A stretch of 54,664 nt of DNA. It comes from Nitrospirota bacterium (GTDB lineage: Bacteria > Nitrospirota > Thermodesulfovibrionia > Thermodesulfovibrionales > JdFR-86). The stretch lies in assembly GCA_037386965.1 (NCBI GenBank), contig JARRLN010000011.1:1-54664 (forward strand). Direction: 5' to 3'. Under the pieces are notes generated by a model that had not been told where the DNA came from, searched no databases, and saw only the letters and a program-made list of their open reading frames with translations. Below, piece after piece: positions 17,865-27,694 of the stretch. Numbering within the stretch: the first letter of the stretch is position 1; each line of letters opens with the position of its first letter. Made by a program: the position numbers and the translations under genes.

Positions 17865-19043
17865 TCAGGCCTTCTCGGCCTCTTTCTCCTCGAGCGAGGC
17901 CATGATGCCGCGCCCCAGGGGCCTGAATAGGCTGGGGTAGAGGATGCCCGAGACCAGGGCAGCGAGGATGAGCTCCCCCTTCATGGAAGCGCTCAGAAGC
18001 CCCATCCTCTCTCCCAGGGTGCCGGAGACCACCAGGAGCGAGAGGGGGGCCGAAAGAAGAAGGGTCATCCCCAGGGCCTCCCGCAACCTGAGCTTCATGA
18101 AAGGGGCAAAGAGAAGGGGGAAGACGTTGCTTGCAAGAACCATGGCCGAAAGGAAAATGCCCATCAGAAAGGACCGGGCGGAGCCCAGGAGCCCCAGGTT
18201 GAACTCCGCGCCGACGCCGATGAAGAAAAGCGGGACGAAGAACCCGAAGCCCACGGCGTTTATCTTTTCCTCGAAGTGTCCCTTGCTTCTGAAAACGTAG
18301 CCGAAAATGAGTCCCGCCATGAAAGAGCCCAGGATGGGCTCCACCCCCGAGCCCAGGGCGATGAGGGCGCCCGCAAAGGCGATGGAAAGGACGACCCGTA
18401 TGCCCTCCTCCACGGGGTCCTCGCTCTCCATGACCTTCTGCACCCGCGCGGGATTCCACCAGGCGACAATGTACAGGAGTCGCAGAAAAAGCGCCGATGC
18501 CCCGAGAAGAAGAAGGAGCTTCAGGGCCTGGGCGAAGGCCGAGAGAGTCAGGCCGTGGGTGTGGTAGATGTCGATGCCCGTCAGCATGGTGATGGAAAGG
18601 AGCTCCCCCGTCAGCCCCACGCCGATGATGTCCCTGCCCAGGCCCGTCTGCGTCATGCCCAGCTCCCTGAGCACGGGGATGATGATGCCCGCCGATATCA
18701 TCGAGACCGCCACGCCCAGGTAAAAGGAATACCCCAGCCAGACGAAGACGACGGGCGTTGCGGCGAAGGACAGCAGCGAGACCGCGACGTACCAGCAGAA
18801 CCGGTTCGTCCGGATGAACCGTCTCAGGTCAAGCTCCATGCCCGCGATGAACATCAGGTAGATGAGGCCCAGCTCCTTGAAGAAGGCAAACCACTCGGGC
18901 TGCGCTCTAAGCACTGTGTTGAAAAGGACGATGCCGTAGATTATCTCCAGGGCCGCAGAGGGCAGGCGGAGCCTCCGGGCCAGGAAGGGGACGGCGGCCG
19001 CCCCTCCCATTATGAGAAACAATATGAGGAGCTGCTCCTGCAT
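17865..19043 (-). CDS. CPA2-family cation:proton antiporter
   Basis: About 12 TM segments; LMFIAGMELD, ISAGIIIPVLRE, ILGSFMAGL, GFFVPLFFIGVG. Confidence 0.88.
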   Translation of the reverse strand: MQEQLLILFLIMGGAAAVPFLARRLRLPSAALEIIYGIVLFNTVLRAQPEWFAFFKELGLIYLMFIAGMELDLRRFIRTNRFCWYVAVSLLSFAATPVVFVWLGYSFYLGVAVSMISAGIIIPVLRELGMTQTGLGRDIIGVGLTGELLSITMLTGIDIYHTHGLTLSAFAQALKLLLLLGASALFLRLLYIVAWWNPARVQKVMESEDPVEEGIRVVLSIAFAGALIALGSGVEPILGSFMAGLIFGYVFRSKGHFEEKINAVGFGFFVPLFFIGVGAEFNLGLLGSARSFLMGIFLSAMVLASNVFPLLFAPFMKLRLREALGMTLLLSAPLSLLVVSGTLGERMGLLSASMKGELILAALVSGILYPSLFRPLGRGIMASLEEKEAEKA

Positions 19044-19046
19044 GCG

Positions 19047-20528
19047 CTACAGGGATTCTTCCAGAGGAGGCACCAGGAAGCTGGTAAGGGGCGAGCGCTT
19101 CATCACCTGCCAGAGGACGTCGGGGTCCAGGAGGTCTCTGAGCCATCCCTGGCGCTTCCATCCGCCGGCGTCAACGAGAAGGCAGTTATAGTCCTTTACG
19201 GCCCCGGCCATGGCCTCCACGGGATTGCCACTGAGAATGCGGGAGTTGACGCTTCGCTTGTACGTAAGGCTCATGTCGGAGACGGCCTTCTTCATCCCCT
19301 CGAACTCCTGCACGTCCTCCTCCGAGGAGATGTACTCCGACGGGTTCACCAGAAGGGCCTCCGTCTCGCTCTCCAGGGACAGGGATATCTCAATGGCCGT
19401 CCCGAAGATATGGTGCAACTCGAGCCCGCCGACCAGGGGGAGGGCGACCTTCTCGTAGGGGAAAGTCCCCCCGAGGAGAACAACGGGACAGGGGGCCATG
19501 TCGGCCAGGGTAAGGAAAAACCCCTTCCTCCCCCGTCGGGCCCGGAAGGCCCCCAGGCGCCCGAACATGGAGAGCCGGGAGAAGACAATCAGGCCCAGCT
19601 CCCACTTGCGCTCCTTGAAGAGGTCCTTCAAAGCACTCAGGGGGGAGAGGGCCCACGCCCTTTGCTCTACGCTCCTGAAATTCTCTTTCGTGATGAAGCG
19701 CTCGAACTTCTCCCGGACGAGCTGCGCGTCGGCCGAATGGATGAAGACGGCGCGCTTCATGGGGAACACCCGGAAGATGTAGGCCAGCTCCTCGAAGAAC
19801 GCCTCGTCCTCCGCGCCCCCGAGGTAGACGGCGGCCACGGGGCCGTACTCCAGGGGAAACCGGGTAAAGCTGAAGGTGAATATCTCCGAGACCATGGCCA
19901 GGGTCTGCGGGTCTCCGAGGAGGACCACCCGGTCGCCGGCTTTCAGGACGGCGTCCTTCCGGGGCATCACTATCTGCTTGTCGCGGTAGATGAGGCCCAC
20001 CCGCCAGTTTATGGGCGCTATGGAGCCCAGGGCCTTGCCGGCGAGCTTGGAGTGGGGGTGGACCTCCACCTCCACGATCTCGTTCTCCCCGAGGCCGATG
20101 CCCTGCACTGTGCGGACGGTCTGCTCCATGGCGTTTCTGAGCTCGGTCACGCCGGACCTGATGATGTCCACCACCTCCACCCCCATCTCCTCGAACGCCT
20201 TGACGCCCTCGCGGGTGATGCCGATGGAGACGATGCGCCGCGGCTCGAACTGCTCCCTCAGCACGCGGGCGACCTCCAGGTTGACCTCCTCCGTGGTCGT
20301 GGTGACGATGACGCCGTCGGCCTCGTTGACGCCCGCTTTCTCCAGGACGAGCCTGCTCGTGGCGTCCCCGGCAATGAACTGCACCGCACCCACCCTTATC
20401 GTCTGTGCCACCTGCTCAAGCCCCGGGTCCACCTCCACAACGGTCAGTTCCACCTCGGCGGCCAGGCGCTTCAGGAGCTCCTGCCCCAGGTGGCCCAAGC
20501 CGATAAGGACGAAGCGGTTTTTCTTCAT
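19047..20528 (-). CDS. TrkA/RCK-domain regulatory protein with long USP-like C-terminus
   Basis: GLGHLG Rossmann motif, GDATSRLVLEKAG, RCK-C (LAGKAL..LIYRD..LKAGDRV); C-terminal PCPVVLL and VMKRSPLTSFLVP USP-like ends. Confidence 0.8.
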   Translation of the reverse strand: MKKNRFVLIGLGHLGQELLKRLAAEVELTVVEVDPGLEQVAQTIRVGAVQFIAGDATSRLVLEKAGVNEADGVIVTTTTEEVNLEVARVLREQFEPRRIVSIGITREGVKAFEEMGVEVVDIIRSGVTELRNAMEQTVRTVQGIGLGENEIVEVEVHPHSKLAGKALGSIAPINWRVGLIYRDKQIVMPRKDAVLKAGDRVVLLGDPQTLAMVSEIFTFSFTRFPLEYGPVAAVYLGGAEDEAFFEELAYIFRVFPMKRAVFIHSADAQLVREKFERFITKENFRSVEQRAWALSPLSALKDLFKERKWELGLIVFSRLSMFGRLGAFRARRGRKGFFLTLADMAPCPVVLLGGTFPYEKVALPLVGGLELHHIFGTAIEISLSLESETEALLVNPSEYISSEEDVQEFEGMKKAVSDMSLTYKRSVNSRILSGNPVEAMAGAVKDYNCLLVDAGGWKRQGWLRDLLDPDVLWQVMKRSPLTSFLVPPLEESL

Positions 20529-20609
20529 ACCCGGATGATACAGCATCGACCGGGCCGGGAAAAGGCCCCGCCGAGGGCAAACGACCCTGCCCCCTGCTAT
20601 AATGACGGG

Positions 20610-21503
20610 ATGGATTTCCTCAATGTTGTCTTTCCCGTCTCGGGTGTGAGCACGAACATCTTCGTGCCGCCCCTGGTGGCCCTGGTGGTGTCGTTCTTCA
20701 CCTCCATGGGAGGACTCTCGGGGGCGTTCCTCATCCTCCCCTTTCAGGTGAGCGTGCTGGGCTACGTGAGCCCCTCCGTGACGGCGACCAATTTCGTTTA
20801 CAACATCGTGGGCATCCCCAGCGGCGTGTTGAGCTACATCCGCGAGGGGAAGATGAACTGGCCCCTGGCCCTGGCGATCACGGCGGGCACCCTTCCCGGA
20901 GTTTTTCTGGGGTACTACCTCCGCGTTCTTTTCCTCCCGGACCCCGCCCGGTTCAAGGTCTTCGTGGGCGTCGTCCTTCTGTACGTCGGCGGGAGGCTCT
21001 TAAAGGACATGCTTCGTCCCGTGCGGGCCAGGGGCGGCGGGCAGGACGGGGCAAGACCCTCCGTGGCAGCCGGGCGGATAAGCCTGGGGCGCATATGGTT
21101 CGGGTACGCGGGCACCGAGTACGAGGTGCGGACCCTGCCGCTTTTTCTCCTGGCCCTGGGCGTGGGCGTGGTGGGCGGGGCGTACGGGATAGGCGGGGGG
21201 GCGATAATCGCGCCTTTCTGCATAAGCGTGCTGGGGCTTCCCGTCTATGCCGTGGCCGGCGCGGCCCTTCTGGGCACCTTCGTAACCTCGGCCGCGGGGG
21301 TGACGTTTTACAGCCTCCTGCCCTCCGGGCTTCACACCGGCCCCGACTGGCTCCTGGGCCTTCTCTTCGGCCTGGGCGGCGTCGTGGGCATGTACATGGG
21401 GGCCAGGGCCCAGAAGCATGTCCCCGCGCGGGCCATAAAGGGCATGCTCTCGCTGGTCATCCTCGCCCTGGCCCTGAAATACGTCCTCGGGGCGCTGGCC
21501 TGA
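20610..21503 (+). CDS. TauE/SafE (TSUP) family sulfite-exporter-like membrane protein
   Basis: SFFTSMGGLSGAFLILP, GGAYGIGGGAIIAP, GMYMGARAQK; start 6 nt after TGcTATAAT. Confidence 0.88.
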   Translation: MDFLNVVFPVSGVSTNIFVPPLVALVVSFFTSMGGLSGAFLILPFQVSVLGYVSPSVTATNFVYNIVGIPSGVLSYIREGKMNWPLALAITAGTLPGVFLGYYLRVLFLPDPARFKVFVGVVLLYVGGRLLKDMLRPVRARGGGQDGARPSVAAGRISLGRIWFGYAGTEYEVRTLPLFLLALGVGVVGGAYGIGGGAIIAPFCISVLGLPVYAVAGAALLGTFVTSAAGVTFYSLLPSGLHTGPDWLLGLLFGLGGVVGMYMGARAQKHVPARAIKGMLSLVILALALKYVLGALA

Positions 21504-21603
21504 GGGTTGGGCCCGCCGCATCCGGTGGTTGCCCCGTTTGTGATTTAGAGCACGTGAATCCCCGGAGCCGTTCGTGGTAACATCACTCTGAGGAGGGAAC
21601 CGT

Positions 21604-22305
21604 TTGGGGGACATTTTCTCCGCCTTCGGCAGTGCCTTGAGGCTCATCGCACACCCCAGCGCGGAGCTCGTCGACATAGTGCTCCGGACCTTTGCCATCT
21701 CGGGGTCGGCCCTTCTTCTGGCCGCCCTGGCGGGCATTCCCCTGGGGGCCGCGGTGGGGTTGAGGAGGTTTCCCCTCCGGGGGCTGATCGTCTCGGTCCT
21801 GAACGCCTTCATGGGCCTTCCCCCCGTGGTGGTGGGCCTTTTCATCTACATCCTGCTTTCCCGGAGCGGGCCCCTGGGCTTCATGGGCCTTCTTTACTCC
21901 CCGGGGGCGATGGTGATAGCCCAGTTCGTCCTGGCTCTGCCCATCGTGGCTGCTTTGACCCATTCGGCCATGGTGGGGGTGAAGCCCCAGGTGGCCCAAA
22001 CGGCCCGGACCCTCGGGGCCACGTCCCGCCAGGTGACCAGGGCCGTCGTCCGCGAGGCCCGCTACGGCATCATGTCGGCCTCCGTCGCCGGCCTGGGGCG
22101 CGTGCTGGCGGAGGTGGGCTCCATCCTCATCGTGGGAGGCAACATCGCCGGGCTGACCCGCGTGATGACCACCACCATAGCGCTGGAGACCGACAAGGGG
22201 GAGTTCACCCTGGCCCTGGCCCTGGGCATCATCCTCCTCAGCATGTCCCTCGGCATCAACATGGCCCTGCACCTCCTTCAGAGGAGAACCCAGTATGAAC
22301 GTTAG
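21604..22305 (+). CDS. tupB: Tungstate/molybdate ABC transporter permease
   Basis: MGLPPVVVGL..LSRSGPLG, AMVIAQ, EVGSILIVGGNIAGLTRVMTTTIALET. Confidence 0.9.
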   Translation: MGDIFSAFGSALRLIAHPSAELVDIVLRTFAISGSALLLAALAGIPLGAAVGLRRFPLRGLIVSVLNAFMGLPPVVVGLFIYILLSRSGPLGFMGLLYSPGAMVIAQFVLALPIVAALTHSAMVGVKPQVAQTARTLGATSRQVTRAVVREARYGIMSASVAGLGRVLAEVGSILIVGGNIAGLTRVMTTTIALETDKGEFTLALALGIILLSMSLGINMALHLLQRRTQYER

Positions 22306-22963
22306 GCTCGGCGTATCCAACATAGAGAAGAGCTACGGGAAGAAGAAGGTCCTGGCCGGGGCGACCTACGGGTTTGCCTCGGGGGTGACGGCCGTGATGG
22401 GCCCCAACGGCTGCGGGAAGTCCACCCTTCTGCGCATATGCGCGCTCCTTGAGCCTCCCACGGCGGGGGAAGTGCGATACTCCTATACGGGAAAGGGCAA
22501 CGTCCCCCACGACGTGGCCTTACGGCGCAAGATTACCTACGTGCTGCCCGAGGCGGCCCTCTTCAACACCACCGTGTGGAAGAACGCCGCCTATGGCCTC
22601 ATGGTGCGCGGGGTGGGCCGCAGGGAGCGCAAAAAGCGCACCGCGGAGATGCTCCAGGCCGTGGGCCTTTACGACAAGAGGAAGGAAAACGCCCTGTCCC
22701 TCTCAAGTGGGGAGGCCCAGCGCCTCGCCCTGGTGCGGGCCATGGTGCTGGAGCCCGAGGTGCTCTTCCTCGATGAGCCCACCGCGAGCCTCGACGAGGA
22801 AAACGCGGCCGTCGTGGAAAAGATTCTCCTGGGGATGAAGAGACAGACCGACGCGCCCACCATCATCCTGGCCACCCACGACCGCGCGATGGCCGAGCGC
22901 CTGGCCGACGTCATCATCACCATCCGCCACGGCAAGATCCCCCACGGCGTGGTGTTGCGTTGA
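22295..22963 (+). CDS. tupC: Tungstate ABC transporter ATP-binding protein
   Basis: GPNGCGKS Walker A, LSSGEAQR, LFLDEPTASLD; overlaps the tupB stop. Confidence 0.8.
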   Translation: MNVRLGVSNIEKSYGKKKVLAGATYGFASGVTAVMGPNGCGKSTLLRICALLEPPTAGEVRYSYTGKGNVPHDVALRRKITYVLPEAALFNTTVWKNAAYGLMVRGVGRRERKKRTAEMLQAVGLYDKRKENALSLSSGEAQRLALVRAMVLEPEVLFLDEPTASLDEENAAVVEKILLGMKRQTDAPTIILATHDRAMAERLADVIITIRHGKIPHGVVLR

Positions 22964-23034
22964 AAGCCGGTAAATGGGCGCTCTCTCCACTCTCCTCCTC
23001 AAAAACCCATTAGATAAATGGTTCGTCACCATAG

Positions 23035-23561
23035 TCATTCGAACCACCTGTATGGAACGGGTTTGATATAGCACTTTTTCTCCCGCCCATCAACATCAAT
23101 TATCCATTGCAGTCTAGATATTTCTTGTAAAACTGACAATCTCACTTTCAGGAAGAATGCAAATCAAGAAGCGACCCACTTGCGATGATTCGGAAAACCG
23201 GCGCCCGTACAATTAGAATGATCATTAACAGAATCATGCCGTTCCTTGCCCACATTCTTTTCTTCAGAACGAAGAAGCCCACCAAGATGGCGACACTGAA
23301 TATAATGACATTTGAGATCAGCGTATATAGGATGACGTCACTACCAACATTCAATCTGACAGATGCTTCTTTAGCATATACCTGAAACGATTGTTCCATA
23401 TCCGTTAACAGGGAAGAGTCTCTAGTATGCGCTATTCGAGCTATCACATATGGCGGCCCGAGGGTAGCAATCAACATGCTTATAGCAAGCAACCACACGT
23501 AAATGATGGAGAAATATATTTATATCCTCGGTTTTTTTATTCCATCACAGGAGTGCGCCAT
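23035..23561 (-). pseudogene. Probable decayed membrane-protein gene
   Basis: ORF 23148-23498 is hydrophobic; in-frame ATG at 23561 is cut by TAA 23522-23520; a shifted frame continues AFFLKVRL..YRWFE to stop 23035. Confidence 0.35.
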
Positions 23562-23717
23562 AAGTAACGATTCTCGATTGTATTGTGAACAATTATATGA
23601 GGTTTCAAAGGTGTCGGTACAGGAAGTACATGTGACTACGCCCTCCACAAGCGAAGATGCAACTGCAAGGTCGAGAGGGATTATAAATTACTGATAGAAG
23701 AGCGCAGTTATTGGATA

Positions 23718-24719
23718 TCATTGCATCCTCTTTCCATAATATTCTATATCGCTTTGTATTTCCTCGATCCATTCCTTAGCACCTTCTTTTTCATCTTTGT
23801 TCTTAGTCTTTTTATAGTTTTCTTTAACCCATTCAAGCTGCTCTTTCAAAACTTCTATAAGGTACCTCCTTTGGTAGTTCTCCTGAGGCCCTTTAAGGGA
23901 TATCATTGATAGTATTAGAAGCCTCTCCGGATATCCCGGATTATTCTCATAGAGGGCTTTCATATTTGTGTAGGCCTCGTCAATATCATCAACTTTTGTG
24001 ATTGTACTCACAATATCTCTGATTGGGAATTCCTTCCCTGTAGACCGTTTCAAGGCGATATGGAAAGAATCGAATTTATCATCATTACAAAATTCAAAAT
24101 TGCTGGATGTGCCATCAGCACTTTCTCTAAGGAACCCCGCTATGTGTGGAGTCTTAACATCATACATCTTGCCTGTTGTTGCCGTTAATTTTACAAACAA
24201 ATAGGGGAAAGACCTTAGATTCTGAATTGGGTTCCACCAACTTAAGTCGCTGAGTCTACTATAATGCGTCTCAGTAAGGAATTTCTTGCAAGAACGATCA
24301 GACCCATAAATAATTCCTTCCCGGAATCTATCGTACAGTGATTCATTCTCACGATAAGTCACCCAAGGACTTTCACTGAAACTGATAATAGCTGAGAGAC
24401 CGTCATTTTCGTAAAATAATAAATCTATGGATGACAAACTTCGCTCATATATATGAGGACTTATCTTTATATTCCTTTCTTCTTTTAGAAAGGGCATCTT
24501 AACTGCGTAACTGAACAAAGTAATTTGCTCGCCGTCGATATTCGTTTCAGGAAGGATAACTTTCTCTGGAATCTGGTTTAAGTTCACGACAAAATCTTCG
24601 ATTACTAAACCATGATACAGAAAATATTCAAGTGCGGCGTTACCCCAGAACCAGGCGTTGACAAAGAGGAGTGCCAAGATAAGCAGAATCTTCCTTATTT
24701 TCTTTTTGGCAGGTCTCAT
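23718..24719 (-). CDS. Hypothetical protein with N-terminal membrane anchor
   Basis: 333-aa ORF in AT-rich DNA; basic then hydrophobic N-terminus; TATAAT upstream; family not recognised. Confidence 0.8.
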   Translation of the reverse strand: MRPAKKKIRKILLILALLFVNAWFWGNAALEYFLYHGLVIEDFVVNLNQIPEKVILPETNIDGEQITLFSYAVKMPFLKEERNIKISPHIYERSLSSIDLLFYENDGLSAIISFSESPWVTYRENESLYDRFREGIIYGSDRSCKKFLTETHYSRLSDLSWWNPIQNLRSFPYLFVKLTATTGKMYDVKTPHIAGFLRESADGTSSNFEFCNDDKFDSFHIALKRSTGKEFPIRDIVSTITKVDDIDEAYTNMKALYENNPGYPERLLILSMISLKGPQENYQRRYLIEVLKEQLEWVKENYKKTKNKDEKEGAKEWIEEIQSDIEYYGKRMQ

Positions 24720-25117
24720 TAGATGAAAGATGTTACATTATACTCTTCATGATTCTATGAATCATCAAGAATCACTCTTTGAGCGAATACATCTGGCTGC
24801 AATGATGACCATAAAACTGAAGACCATGATGAGAAGGACCTTTCATGTTTTATTAGCATAATATGTTCTATTACGCAACTGTAAATATGTAATTCGAGTC
24901 ACAGGAGAGCGGAAGAATCGATTGTAAAAGTCAAGAACCGTCAAATAAGAAGCAAGAGGATTCGGCCCAGAAAAGCGGCGTTTGGATTTTTGAGAGAGTT
25001 ATTCAGACCACTTCATTGTGTATTTCAATTTCTATTCTGTACAGTTATGCCGTAGCGGCGGTTGCCTCGCGCCGGGTGCTCCGCCGCAGTCCTCAAATCG
25101 CTCTTCCCTTCTGTGGA

Positions 25118-25213
25118 GCGCTGAAAAGAAAAGGCGGTTTGGCGCAGCCTCCGATGTTCCAAACCGGACGTCCGGCCGCTTAGAGCTTGACCTTGGCGGC
25201 CCGGGCCAGGGTC
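25118..25213. repeat. Direct repeat copy 1: displaced aroF 3' end plus downstream sequence
   Basis: 25164-25213 matches 28046-28099 (one substitution, one 4-nt indel) and reads LARAAKVKL* on the minus strand; 25118-25149 matches 27984-28016 at 27/33. Confidence 0.92.
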
Positions 25214-25240
25214 CCGAGACATCCGTATCCACACACCTTC

Positions 25241-27694
25241 TCACCGCGCTTTCACTTTCATTTGCACCTTGTGGGTAAGCATCTTTACCCCGTTCAGGAT
25301 GAAAAGCCATACAAGGGCATACGCCCATACGATGCCCGCGTTACGCCAGCCGACGGGGGTAACGAGAAAGCCGTACACCGCTATCAAGGTACCGGCTATC
25401 TGCGTGAGTTCCAGAGGTATGAGCAGGCCAAGGCTCGGCAGCGGCCTCTCCCACAAGGCGGCACGGGTGCGCGTGAGGAATATGGTCATGTGGCCGGCGA
25501 CAAGCAGCTTCAGGAACACCATCGTCTGGATTACCTCGGGGGGAAAATCCGTGTACGTCCGCAGGTAGTAAAAGAAAAGGAAAGAAGAGACTACGCCGGC
25601 CAGGCCCAGCATGCTTGCCATCGAAAGGACCCTGGGCATGTCCCAGCGCACCGGGCGGGGCGGCGTCCGCACGTTGTCCCATGCAATGGCGATTATCGGC
25701 AAATCGTTCAATATCGCAAGGAGTATGATCATTATCGCGCTGACCGGATAAAAATTGAATACCAGAACCGAAATGGCGATGAACAGCAGCAGGCGGATGG
25801 TCTCGGTAATGCGGTACGTGGCGTAGCTCATCATCCGCTCGAAGATGCGGCGGGCTTCCTCGACCGCCCTGATAATCACCCCCAATCCGGGCGCCGTCAG
25901 AACGAGCGCGGCAGCCGCACGCGCCGCGTCGGCGGCTTCCGGCACCGCGATGCCCACGTCGGCCTGCTTCAGGGCGGGGGCATCGTTTACCCCGTCGCCG
26001 GTCATCCCTATGATGGTATCCCCGGACTGGAAGGCCTTGATGATATTGAACTTGTGCTCCGGGGTTACTTCGGCAAAGCCGTCGCTCTCGGTCACCCGCC
26101 GGGCCATCTGCGATTCGTCCTCCTTGCCCTTGCCGAAGACGTCGGCGGCAACCTTTATGTCCCGGCCCAAATCAACCTGTTTGGCCACCTGTCTGGCTAT
26201 GGCCAGATGGTCCCCGGTTACCATCCGTATATCTATTCCATGCTCCTTTGCCGCTTTCACAACCTCCGCCGAGTCCTCGCGCGGAGGGTCCAGGAGGGGC
26301 AGGAGCCCCAGGTACTGCCACTCGCCGCCTTCGTCTTTCCTGGCTACGCCCAAAGCGCGGAAACCCTCGCGCCCGAGCTCGTCAACCCTGGCCTCGACGT
26401 CTCCAGCTCCTTTCCCCTCGGGGCCGACGAGTTCTGATATGGCCTGCGGAGCCCCCTTGGCAACGGTGAATTTCTTGCCCTCGTATTGGATGTCCGCGTC
26501 GGCCATTTTCCTTGTGGGGTCGAACGGGCGAAATTCGTCGACTTTGTACGCATCGAGTTCCTTCGTATCACCAAGTCCCTTCAGCACGGCCGCGTCGATG
26601 GGGTCTTCCCCGTCTTCCTCGCGCCGGGCCGTGAGGGCCGCCGCCAGTATGAGGTCGTGCTTGTCCTTTGCGGCCAGGAGAACGGGGTCCTGCAGCTCCA
26701 GCTTGTTCTTGGTAAGGGTGCCCGTCTTATCGGCACAGAGCACCTTCAAGCCCGCCATCTCTTCCATGGCGGGCAGTTTCGAGACGATAGCCTTCCACTG
26801 CGCCAGCCGCCCGGCGCCTATGGACATGGTGACGGAAAGCACCGCCGGCAGGGCAACCGGAATTCCCGCCAGAGTCAGGCCCAGCGCAAAGATGATCACC
26901 TTGATTGCCATGTCGCCTCTGTACAGTATGCTGACCAAAACGATGGTAACGACCAGCGCCCCGGCCGACCCCATAAGAAAGTAGCCTATCCGAAGCACGG
27001 CACGCTGGAAGTGTGACACCCCCTGGGCCCCCGCCACAAGCTCCACCGTGCGGGCGAAGCGGGTATTGCCTCCCGTGGCAACCACCACGGCCCGGGCCTC
27101 GCCCTGTTTGACCGTCGTGCCCGAGTACACGCCGTCGGATTCCTGCTTGTCCACGGGAAGGGACTCCCCGGTGAGGGTCGATTCGTCGGCGCTGAGATGC
27201 TCTTTTTCCAGCAGCTTCGCGTCGGCGGGGACGACATCTCCCATGCGCAGAACGACGATGTCTCCCGGCACGAGCCTCCTGGCCGGGATGGTTTTCCGCC
27301 CCCCGTCCCTGATAACCCGGGCATTCAAGGCCATCTGTTTCTTGAGTGCTTCGATGGCCTGGCTTGCCTTGCTTTCGTGCCAGTAACTGACCCCGCCATT
27401 GACCAGCAGCAACAGCAGAATAACCCCGCATTCCTCCCACTTCCGCACCGAACCGGCCAGAAGGAGGGCTATCTCGATCATCCAGGGTATCGGTCCCCAG
27501 AAGTGGGAGAAAAAATCCAGAATCGGGCTTTTCTTTTCTTCCTCGACGGCGTTCTCGCCGTATCTTTCGATTCTCTTTGCGGCCTCCGATTCGGCAAGGC
27601 CGCTTTCGCGGTCGGTCGACAGCTCCTCGATGACGTCCCGAACCGGTTTGCCCTCCAGCTCCTCGCGCTCGTATTCCTTCTTCTCCTCGGCCAT
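25241..27694 (-). CDS. P-type IIIA plasma-membrane H+-ATPase
   Basis: DESTLTGES, GIPVALPAVLSVTM (M4), CADKTGTLTKN, MVTGD, TGDGVNDAPALKQAD, ETIRL (M5 Arg), AILND (M6 Asp). Confidence 0.93.
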   Translation of the reverse strand: MAEEKKEYEREELEGKPVRDVIEELSTDRESGLAESEAAKRIERYGENAVEEEKKSPILDFFSHFWGPIPWMIEIALLLAGSVRKWEECGVILLLLLVNGGVSYWHESKASQAIEALKKQMALNARVIRDGGRKTIPARRLVPGDIVVLRMGDVVPADAKLLEKEHLSADESTLTGESLPVDKQESDGVYSGTTVKQGEARAVVVATGGNTRFARTVELVAGAQGVSHFQRAVLRIGYFLMGSAGALVVTIVLVSILYRGDMAIKVIIFALGLTLAGIPVALPAVLSVTMSIGAGRLAQWKAIVSKLPAMEEMAGLKVLCADKTGTLTKNKLELQDPVLLAAKDKHDLILAAALTARREEDGEDPIDAAVLKGLGDTKELDAYKVDEFRPFDPTRKMADADIQYEGKKFTVAKGAPQAISELVGPEGKGAGDVEARVDELGREGFRALGVARKDEGGEWQYLGLLPLLDPPREDSAEVVKAAKEHGIDIRMVTGDHLAIARQVAKQVDLGRDIKVAADVFGKGKEDESQMARRVTESDGFAEVTPEHKFNIIKAFQSGDTIIGMTGDGVNDAPALKQADVGIAVPEAADAARAAAALVLTAPGLGVIIRAVEEARRIFERMMSYATYRITETIRLLLFIAISVLVFNFYPVSAIMIILLAILNDLPIIAIAWDNVRTPPRPVRWDMPRVLSMASMLGLAGVVSSFLFFYYLRTYTDFPPEVIQTMVFLKLLVAGHMTIFLTRTRAALWERPLPSLGLLIPLELTQIAGTLIAVYGFLVTPVGWRNAGIVWAYALVWLFILNGVKMLTHKVQMKVKAR

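Larger units (their letters stand above)
22964..25050. other. AT-rich accessory island
   Basis: Abrupt composition change after the tupC stop; hand counts of two 60-nt lines gave 33% and 40% GC versus 62-77% in sampled flanking genes. Confidence 0.85.

Noticed and set aside
18276-20609. N-terminal ~780 aa of the 1075-aa ORF
   Set aside because: Antisense to the antiporter and RCK genes; only 20610-21503 (TauE-like) looks real.
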